In this document: one piece after another, positions 9,096-17,900 of the stretch | Layout of the letters: every line of letters starts with the position of its first letter | Position numbering within the stretch: position 1 is the first letter of the stretch | Origin: Proteiniphilum sp. | GTDB lineage: Bacteria > Bacteroidota > Bacteroidia > Bacteroidales > Dysgonomonadaceae | Reading direction: 5' to 3' | NCBI GenBank assembly: GCA_041656815.1 | Contig: JBBACU010000001.1 | Coordinates: 1 to 44,323, forward strand | Length of the DNA stretch: 44,323 nucleotides | The notes under the pieces: model-generated | Seen by the model: only the letters and a program-made list of their open reading frames with translations | Told to the model about the DNA's origin: nothing | The model's database searches: none | Made by a program: the position numbers and the translations under genes

Positions 9096-9652
9096 AGCAC
9101 ATGTTCGTCATCACGTTCATCCTCGTGTACCTCTTCGCCGGAACTGAATTAGGGTATACCGACGTGCTACCGGTATGGAATCATTTCACGTATAATTTCC
9201 AGCACGGCAGCATCATGCACCTGGTCATTAATTCCATCGTGTTTTTCCTTTTTTTCCGGACGTTGCAGAATTACTTCACGTCCTGGCAAATCGCTATCGC
9301 GTCACTGGCCTCGGCATTCATCATGTCGTTCTTTTGCATCTACGATCTACCGGTGGTCGGGGCCTCGGGAATGATCTACGCCATGATCGGCATGTACTTC
9401 TTCCTGCTCGTGACAAGCAGAATGACTTATCGGGATCCCCTACACCTCTACGTGTTCTTGCTGTCTATTTCGGCCATGCTGGTAGCGGGATTCCTGAAAG
9501 AGAATAGCGCGGGGTTACTTCACCTGCTATGCCTCATCGCCGGATTTTTAGCAGCGATGTGGATTAAGAAAGGTGAGAGAATTCATATCACTTGGAAAAA
9601 CAAACATGAGAATGGAAAAAGATTATCGATTGATAAAAAATTGCGGGGTTGA
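9092..9652 (+). CDS. Rhomboid-family intramembrane serine protease
   Basis: About 6 TM segments. WNHFTYNFQH (WR/L1-like), HLVIN, catalytic GASG, and catalytic His in LLHLLCLIAG. Confidence 0.9.
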   Translation: MKHMFVITFILVYLFAGTELGYTDVLPVWNHFTYNFQHGSIMHLVINSIVFFLFFRTLQNYFTSWQIAIASLASAFIMSFFCIYDLPVVGASGMIYAMIGMYFFLLVTSRMTYRDPLHLYVFLLSISAMLVAGFLKENSAGLLHLLCLIAGFLAAMWIKKGERIHITWKNKHENGKRLSIDKKLRG

Positions 9653-9845
9653 TGACTTCCCTTTTCGTGAAGGAGACGACGTTTTGATAAAATGGAACAA
9701 GAATCACGTGGAAAAGGGAGTTATATCTACGATTCACACGAGTATGCAATGGGGTGTAAATATTGTTCATGCCGTATGCGTGAGGACAGACAACTTCCCC
9801 GTGGAATTTGTCGTGAATGCGAACTTACTTGAAAAAATAAAATAA
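9606..9845 (+). CDS. Hypothetical protein
   Basis: Likely ATG 9606 or 9612; FREGDDV...KGVI suggests an SH3/KOW-like fold. Confidence 0.5.
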   Translation: MRMEKDYRLIKNCGVDDFPFREGDDVLIKWNKNHVEKGVISTIHTSMQWGVNIVHAVCVRTDNFPVEFVVNANLLEKIK

Positions 9846-9852
9846 AGACGAA

Positions 9853-10152
9853 ATGACAAAAATTACAGCATTAAACCAGATGGATCACGCGACAAATGTA
9901 GAACCTTGTAAAATTACAAGATATGTCCTTAAAACAAGAATAGCGGGTAGAATATATTACCTCCGGGAGGCACTAACCTGGGATCGCAGCTTTCTCGAAG
10001 AATCCGTTAAGCTGGCAACCAAATACCAAAGTAAGGAATGGGCCGAAAATGCGATCGAAAGGGAAAAGAATAGGAACTCGCTTAGTGAACTGGGATACAA
10101 GATAGAAGAGTGCGTAATACACGTGTCCCGTAATCATTATATTAGCGGTTAA
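9853..10152 (+). CDS. Hypothetical protein
   Basis: 99 aa, A-rich leader, tight spacing. Confidence 0.55.
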   Translation: MTKITALNQMDHATNVEPCKITRYVLKTRIAGRIYYLREALTWDRSFLEESVKLATKYQSKEWAENAIEREKNRNSLSELGYKIEECVIHVSRNHYISG

Positions 10153-10155
10153 GAA

Positions 10156-10419
10156 ATGGAATCAAAAAACAATAAATCATTTGTAGAGCAGGTTGAAAGA
10201 GATGTTTACTTTTTCAACCAAGGATTCAAGTCGGGCACCGAGGAAGCTTTCAGGTGGAGAGACATATTCGAGGAGCCAATCCCGGATCCCGACATGCCGG
10301 TATTGACTAAAATAAGCGCCGAAGACGCACCCTTGGTTAAAACCGGTGACTGGGTTGATAAGCATGCTTGCACTTATAGATACTGGCGACCGATCAACTT
10401 GGAGGAGGATAACTATTAA
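10156..10419 (+). CDS. DUF551-like small phage protein
   Basis: EAFRWRDIFEEPIP...VLTK...YWRPI; paralogous to the repeats in 37195-37902. Confidence 0.6.
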   Translation: MESKNNKSFVEQVERDVYFFNQGFKSGTEEAFRWRDIFEEPIPDPDMPVLTKISAEDAPLVKTGDWVDKHACTYRYWRPINLEEDNY

Positions 10420-10430
10420 AACAAAAAATT

Positions 10431-11228
10431 ATGATTGATAAGAAACCATCAGAACTACGAGGAAGATTGTCAAAACTACCGACAGGCAAGGAGATCATGG
10501 ACCAACTTGTAAAATTAAGCAGCGAGCGGGAAATAGAGATGCCGGATACTGGTCAAAAAGAATACAAATATGGCGATTATGGCCCGGTTTGTCGAATATT
10601 TGAAGCAGACACTACGGAAGAGACGCCGGAAACAATCAAGGGGATATATCATCAAGTTAAAGATTACGAGGAGATGGACCACACAATGCCGTTTACCACG
10701 AAAGAAGATATACGTAAAAGAGGCCTTATAAAAGATGATCCCAGGCCAAGGTATATAGCGATGGGGAGAGACCAATACGAAAAGTTTCACGTGACTACAT
10801 TCAATATGATGGGAGGTGAGGTAACCAAGGATATGTCCTATTTGCATGAAATAGAGAGGGAGTGCTTCATGCGTCAAAATGTAGAAAGGAACATGATCAT
10901 CGAGTACATACTGCGCAAGGTGATCAAGAAACCTATCAGGGGAAAAATCACAAAGCGAAAGATAAAAAGGCGTGGATTAATGCTTACCTACACGTATCCA
11001 TCATGGGCGATAACAGTAAGACCCCCAGAAATTGACTCGAATGCCAGGTATGGAGTGTATGAACGTTCCGGCAAAATACATTGGCTATTGGATTACAAGG
11101 AGGAAGCAATGCTTAAATCGAATTGGGATAAAGACAATGTTAAGGAAATGCGTGAACGTTCCAACAGCTTGGCGAGGTGCGGAAACCCTTGCCGAAACAT
11201 TAATATAAACACAAACTTTAAAAATTAA
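10431..11228 (+). CDS. Hypothetical protein
   Basis: 265 aa ORF, A-rich leader. Confidence 0.55.
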   Translation: MIDKKPSELRGRLSKLPTGKEIMDQLVKLSSEREIEMPDTGQKEYKYGDYGPVCRIFEADTTEETPETIKGIYHQVKDYEEMDHTMPFTTKEDIRKRGLIKDDPRPRYIAMGRDQYEKFHVTTFNMMGGEVTKDMSYLHEIERECFMRQNVERNMIIEYILRKVIKKPIRGKITKRKIKRRGLMLTYTYPSWAITVRPPEIDSNARYGVYERSGKIHWLLDYKEEAMLKSNWDKDNVKEMRERSNSLARCGNPCRNININTNFKN

Positions 11229-11290
11229 ACAATATGTCCAAAGATGACCTTAACAATGCATCTTGCCAAACTGCTGTTATACGCAGGATT
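11165..11290 (+). repeat. attC-like imperfect inverted repeat ending in a GTTA core
   Basis: Arms CAGCTTGGCGAGGTGC (11165-11180) and GCATCTTGCCAAACTG (11258-11273), then GTTATACGCAGGATT. Its near-complement AATCTTGCACATAAC is at 11436-11450. Confidence 0.5.
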
Positions 11291-11449
11291 AAAAGGACTT
11301 GTAATGGATGTAGAGCATACGATTTCATAAATAATGTCGATCAGGTGTGTTCTTTAGGCTATTATCAAGAATATGGAGAACCTAAAGAGTTTTGTCCAAA
11401 ACCTAAAACTATTAACTCCTTAATTAATGCTCCTAAATCTTGCACATAA
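11234..11449 (+). CDS. Small Cys-rich protein in a cassette-like unit
   Basis: 71 aa, CNGC...C...CPKP; the stop codon is the TAA of the TAAC core. Confidence 0.6.
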   Translation: MSKDDLNNASCQTAVIRRIKRTCNGCRAYDFINNVDQVCSLGYYQEYGEPKEFCPKPKTINSLINAPKSCT

Positions 11450-11529
11450 CGCGGTGTTGTGCTTTCTACTGATTTACCAAATGGAAGAAACTTGTTTTTA
11501 GAGGCAATGCTCAATGATTGCAAGAAAGA

Positions 11530-11823
11530 CTAATTGATATGACTGAACGAAGTGATGGCGATTATCAAAAACAACCAGAACGCGGCTCCAGTGAATTTTT
11601 GGAAGGTGGCGTTTGAAATAGGCTTCCTCGAGATTAGTGAGTAAAGTAAATAAACAAGGCCGCCTGTTATGATCGATCCTATCACAATTGCAACTGCTAC
11701 ACCGATCGCGAATCCTGTGTAACCGGCAAGCCCTTGCAGTAAAATATCGGTCTCCAGGCTCATATAGATCCCAACGGCCAGGGCAATCAAAAACATGTAG
11801 AGAAAATTACGGTACTTTTTCAT
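11530..11823 (-). CDS. Small 3-TM membrane protein (moron-like)
   Basis: Start ATG 11823 (MKKYRNFLYMFLI), three hydrophobic segments, own promoter. Confidence 0.65.
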   Translation of the reverse strand: MKKYRNFLYMFLIALAVGIYMSLETDILLQGLAGYTGFAIGVAVAIVIGSIITGGLVYLLYSLISRKPISNATFQKFTGAAFWLFLIIAITSFSHIN

Positions 11824-11849
11824 TTTATTTGATTTACAACGTGATTTGT

Positions 11850-11857
11850 CAAAAATA
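11850..11857 (-). promoter_or_regulatory. Bacteroidota -7 promoter element TATTTTTG
   Basis: Exact TAnnTTTG about 27 bp upstream of ATG 11823, downstream of the terminator. Confidence 0.5.
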
Positions 11858-11888
11858 CAAATAATTTTTAAAACAGTGCCATTATAGA

Positions 11889-11928
11889 CAAAATAACCCG
11901 CCACCTGATCATTCAAGTGGCGGGTTTT
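11889..11928 (-). terminator. Terminator after the giant gene (possibly bidirectional)
   Basis: AACCCGCCAC (11895-11904) / GTGGCGGGTT (11917-11926) with T-runs on both sides. Confidence 0.8.
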
Positions 11929-11946
11929 CTATCGCGTGGGTGAATA

Positions 11947-14900
11947 TTACTGTAACTCTTCGAATTTCAATAAAAGCATGTCCACCTGGCGTTCGGCCTC
12001 CTCACCCCCAATCAGGCCGGCATCTATTCTTTTTTGAAGCATCTCGGACATCTGTATCAAACCGAACATCTTGTTTTCGTCTGTGCCATCTCGCCATAAG
12101 CGATGCTGGAATTCAACCGGATCCCGTCGTCCAAGCTGGCCGCTGTTCGCGTGAAAGCTGGTGATACGCTTGTACCTCTCCGGGTTGTTCTTCTTCACCT
12201 CGTTGTATTGCGTTTTGTAGAAGCTGGTTTTATCACTTAATTTCCACAGCTTGCTTTCCAGCACCGAAAAATCACGCGGTTGCTTCCATAGCACGTTGGC
12301 GATGGCCATCCGGCTCACGTCGACCTCTTTTTCAGGGTCCGCGATCTGGATGCCGAGCGTCACGAGATCCATCACGAATTTACCGGTACCGGCAGCGTAC
12401 CCGCGTGTGAGTGTCTCGATCACCGACGGGTTCACGTCAAAGAATGCCGGCACTACTTTCGTGCCTTCCTTCCGCAGTCGACTGTCGTCCGCGATATCGC
12501 CCCCTCCCCACACCCATAATTTGTCTGATATCTTTTGTGCCGCTTCGCTCACGTTTCTTTTACCCAGTGATCGCTCGGCTTTCGTGTCGGCCAGAGCGTT
12601 GGTGAATTCCGTGCGATAACTGGTGCCGCCCATGAAGTTGGTGTTCTGCCACACGTCGTACATCGGCTGCATGGTGGTCGGGATCGCACCTCTTACGGCC
12701 ATGGTGGTGTTGAAGGTGAGCTGATCGGTCGTGTCGTCTATTTCCAGACCGTTTGCCCAGAAAATCAGCTGTTCCGGGATCAACTCCCCGAAGAAGTAAT
12801 GAGTGCCTTCCAGGAGCGCGCTATCAACTCCCTTCATGCCGCGTGAGGCTAATCCCATTTGGGTACCGAATCCCCAAAAAGCGCGTAATCCCTGGGGTAG
12901 GGGGATCTTCACTTTCCCCAGGCAGAGGTTTTGCATCAATTCCCACTCGGTAAACATTCGGTCATCGTCATCGTCGGGATCCGGCATGAGCATAGCTTGA
13001 AGAATCCCTCCGGCCGTGAGCATCGCGGATATCCCGATCATCCTGTTTCGCACCTTGGGATTTCGGATCATCCGGAAGAGTTTGTTGGTACCCTGAATCG
13101 TCGCGTTGAAAAAGGAGAAGAGGGTGCCGAAAAACTTTTGATTGCCCTTACGGTCAAAATTCACGGAGATTTCCTTGGCGTGGATGGCTGCTTCTTCTCG
13201 GGTGAATCGAGGAGTACCGTCGGGGTTTTTCATCTCCCGGCTGGTCACGTACTCGGCAAAACGGGTAGTGAGCTCGCTGGCCTCGGTGAGCATCCCGAAT
13301 GCTTGTTTTAAGCCGGCAGCATTCCATAAACCAAACTTCCCATGCAGGATAAAATCACTCTTCTTGGGATCGACGGCGCGCTTCATATCGGTCCTCAACT
13401 GCTCGATGTCTTTAAGAAAGCTCCAGCCGGTTGCGGCACCGTCCTCGAAGAATTCTTTCATCATCTTGCCGTAATATCCATCTGAGTACTCTTTTCCCAT
13501 GCCCCACTGCTCGGCAGCTGCATATTTCCAAACAGCCGGCTGAACGGCTGCCGTGTTTTTCATGAATTTCAGCTGGTAATCCAACCCGAATTCAGCCATG
13601 TTGCTGATGCTTCCGATCCCCCAGTCACGAATAAAGTTGGCGACAGAGAAGGTGGGGTTATATTGAGTCATCATCGCGCTCATGAACCGGGTACCTCGGC
13701 GAAGGCCTTCGTTCACGTTCTGCATGAACTTGAGGTCTCCATCCACTTCCCTACCGAAATTGCGATTAAGAGCGTTAGCCACACGCTCACCGTCATAATT
13801 CTGACTGAACTGGATCTCGTATTCCTTTCCATCGCGTAGAATAATAACGTTGTGCTGCTGTCGTTCCTTTGCCGTCACTTGAGCAATCCTGCTCGCCTCG
13901 CTATCGGCATATCGCACGTTTATTGAGTTGCGTAACTTGCGTTCCTGATCGCTTAGTCGTTTCATGAGGCGATCGTATTGATTTTTGGTAATCTTTTTAT
14001 GCACGATGTAATTTTGTCGTGCCTCTATCTGTTTGTTCGGGATCTCGAGGAGTTTCTTGTTGGTCTTTTTATCCGCGTCGATTTGTTCTTGAGAAGGTGG
14101 CTCGTACGTTCGTTCATATATAGCATTTCCATCAGCATCTACTTTACCGGTATTCATGTAGTAAACTCTCTTGAAAGCGAAGAAATCGTGGATGCGGGCG
14201 AAGTCTGAATTAGCCTCGGCGAAATCCAAGAACTTCTGCTTTGTCCTGTTTTTCAAGGCAGCCATGACCGTACTCTCGCCGATACTCTGCATGTATGCAA
14301 GCGGATCGCCGGCCAGCGTTTCCCGTCCGCGCGCTTTCACCAAGGCAACATTGAAGGGGTTGTCTGGACCAGATGATTTGTCGAGCGTGTAATAAAGCTT
14401 GTTCCCAGCGATATCCCGTTCTCTCCATCCTCGCTGGGGCACGTAGTGCTGACGGGTGCCGTCCGTGTATTTCGCGTATACATCCGAGTCAATTAAGCCG
14501 TATTCCAGCTGAAGATCCAATGCCCATTTATTTACAGCGCGTATCTTGTTCCAAAGATCGTCAACGGTTTTTTTGCCGACAGCCTTCTCGAATTCATCAA
14601 TGTAGTCGTTCGGATCCACCTCATCGCCTTTGTTGTCTCTCACGTTCTTTCGGAATCCTTCTTCACCGCGATCTGCAATGTCCAGGGTTGATGCCTCAAC
14701 AATATCTTTTGCCTGCAAGTACAGGCTTACACGGTCGTAATCGCTTATTTCTTTATCGTTGATAACCTCGCCGGTGCTCTCGTCGATGATATGCCATTTG
14801 TAAATCGGCAATTGACTTAATTTGCTTTTTTTGCCGCCTCGGAGTATCGTTCTCAACGATTCTTGTAATGGCTCTATGCGTGTTTTATTGTAGTCCTGAA

Positions 14901-17900
14901 TCAGGTGAGTGGCCCGGCTCGAGGAGGTGATGTAATCCCAGTACACGCTTTCTCCCGGCTTCGCTCCTTTTTCCTGCATCAAAGCTTGATACTTCTCTAA
15001 CGGGCGTGCACGGTCAACGAAAGTGGTATATAGCGAGCTTATTTTTGCCATCTCTATATTCACGTCCTTGAAAACCTTATCCGTGTGGTTTTTGAACTCC
15101 GTCACGAGATCTGCAATATCGAGGTTATTCATACCGGCATGCAACACGGGCGGAATGGGTAGGCCGTCTTTATCAAGCTGTACTCGGAATCTTATGCCGT
15201 TGGCATCGTTATAATCGGTGATTTCTTGCGCGTATTCGGAGATAGGCTGTCCGTTATACTTCGGTTTGGACTCCTCAACATTGGGGGAATCTTCGCTTAT
15301 TTCACGGCCTTGAACGTTTTGTTGCTCATTGTACTGGTTCACCTCGGCTGCGTAATCAAATATTGATTGACCTTTGTATGCCGGAGCCTCCTCGCGGAAA
15401 CGGATGTCTGCTTTATATCCCGGGAAAATTTCAGCCATTTTTCTTTCATAATCGTTATGGTTATCCCTCTCAACCTTTCTCCTGTCCTCTTCTGAAAGTA
15501 GTTTTTTAAGCCGATTTATGTTATTCCTATCATCATAGCTTTGATCTCCTATTTTCGATTCATCTTTAAGCCCGGATGAAAAGTCAACTACTACGAGTTC
15601 ATTTGTTTCAGGTCGCCTCATTACAGAAACTAAGTCGTTTACGAAATAGCCTTTGTCGTTGATAGTCTTTAGAATATCTCTAACGCCATTGTATTCGTTA
15701 TACGTGAGGCTCTCTATCTCGTTTAGTCTCTCTATTTCAAACATTGGCCCGTGCGTGGTTTCAATCTTTTCGCCCACCTTCACGATGTTGTTATTATCTT
15801 GGAGTTCTTTCAGTATCTCATATTCTCTTGACTCACCTGGCACATCTTTCTTTGTCCACTTTTTGGCCTCTTTGTTGTATGCATTTTCCTGTCTTACCAA
15901 TGACTTGTACAAATTCCCTTCATTGTCTTGAAACACTCCTTTCGTACCCCCTTCGCCATATTTGAATAGCGATACTTCTTTTCCATCAACTGTACGAAAC
16001 CGGATATCGTTGTCATTAACGGAATTTAATAGCACTATCTGATCGTCTCTTGCCACGTCCTCTGTTTCCGCCAGTAAAGTACTACGGCGTTCTTCGGGTG
16101 TCATCGTCTCGCGGGCTTGCACGTTCCGAGCCTCTGTCTCGCCAGCGAGAGATTGATAGACGTGGTAGGGGTCCAATCCTTTTAAAAAGAAGTCCGCGAT
16201 CTGATCCTCTGAGAGACCCGTCTCTGTCTCAAGTTCACGCACACGGGAGTCGTCAGCTTGTTCCCCAAGGACTACTTGCTCTGTTATGCTTTTTATCTGA
16301 TCGTCGGTTAGTTTGTATCCTTTCTTCCTTGAGTGCTCTTCGACCGACTTTAGCACATATTTCTCTCTCTGCTCGCTGGTTAATTTCAGGCCTAGGGCGA
16401 GACGCTCGCTTCCGCCTTGGGCGAAACCCTCTCTTTCTTGGATCGCGTGCTGTATTTCATGCAAAAGGATAGATTTGGCTGATTCTATGTCTTTAGCCTC
16501 AACTTTTATCTCTTCTTCTAAGGGAAACAGTCCTTCATAGCTTCTGTCTGTAAAGGGTATATATTCCCCCCCGTTGTTGTTTGTCTCATTTATGTCGACT
16601 TGAACGAGCATATCTCTCATGCTAGGGTAGGATCGTAGCAAATCGGATGAATCCGGCAGTATTTCGGACATTAGGTAGAATTTTTTCTGCTCTGAAATAT
16701 TAAGCTCTAGATCTGGAACCTCGTATCTCCATTTTTTATCTATGCCCCGTTCCCATCCGGTTGCCATTCGTATGCTTTTTGCATCCTTGCCGCCCGCTTC
16801 CATTTGTCTTGCAACGGAAAGATCATTCATCACCATCTCGGCACCTTCCATCCGACTTGCTCCTATTTCACCGATGATCCGGAACAGCGGACTCTGATAC
16901 TCAACCTCCGGCTCAAGAAGGCCTTCATCGGTAAAACTCTTGTAATTATCGATGATATCCTGATCTTGTTGAACTTCCAAAACATCAATAAGAGCCACAC
17001 CCATTGGGTTTAACGCGGATTTAATTGTATTAATTGTATTTTTACCAATTGGGAAATTGGAAGCTAAAGCCACGGAATCACCATGTTTAGCGATTTCGCT
17101 AATTATTTGCTTGATTAGCCCGGTGGTTCCGGCATTAGCATCAAGCAAAAGATACCTGTTGACTCCTAACGATCTATCAAGGATTATCGCGTGAAGTTTA
17201 TTGCCGGTACCTCTTTTTTGTTTACTCAAAAATTCAGCGATATCACGTGAAGTACGAATGTATGTTCTTTCGCTGGAAGGACGGTGTAGAACAAGGCGGT
17301 CAAATTGATGAACGTTTATGGAGGATATGTCGTTAGTAATAGCGGTTCGATCACTAACGGTATAAGTTCGATCACTTGAATCAAATTCCGCGTATTGGCC
17401 GCTGTCAAGGTTAATAATGATCCCGGGGTTCACGTGAATGCCGGCGGCACGGGCAGAGGTCCACAAGTTGTTGTTAGATTGATAATCTGCTGTGGATGGG
17501 ACTAATCTGCCGGACGGGTGGTTGTGAACGAGTGTTATTTCAGTTGCTCCATATTCGATGGCAGCACCAAGAATTAACTTGTCGTCAATAAGAGCACCAG
17601 AAGTATGTCCAGTGGAAATGTATAATACCCTGTAATTTCCATCCTTGTTTGCTAACACTGCAAACGCGTTTTCGGTGGCTGCCGATTCAAGGTTTTTAAA
17701 TAAAAATGCAATGTCGTTGGGAGAGGTGATCTTGGCGGGTCCAGTTAAAGGTGAGCCCATGAAGTTTAATTGTCCAAGGTCGGACAACTGACGCTCGACG
17801 AAAGTTAATGAATTATCGTCGGTTTGAACGTAACCTTTTTCCCGTTGTAGGTTACCGACTTCGGGGTCAGAATCGATGGCTTCGGATCGTCTAAACGGTA

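Noticed and set aside
11824-11916. N-terminal extension of the 128-aa membrane ORF
   Set aside because: Runs through the terminator and promoter; ATG 11823 is more plausible.
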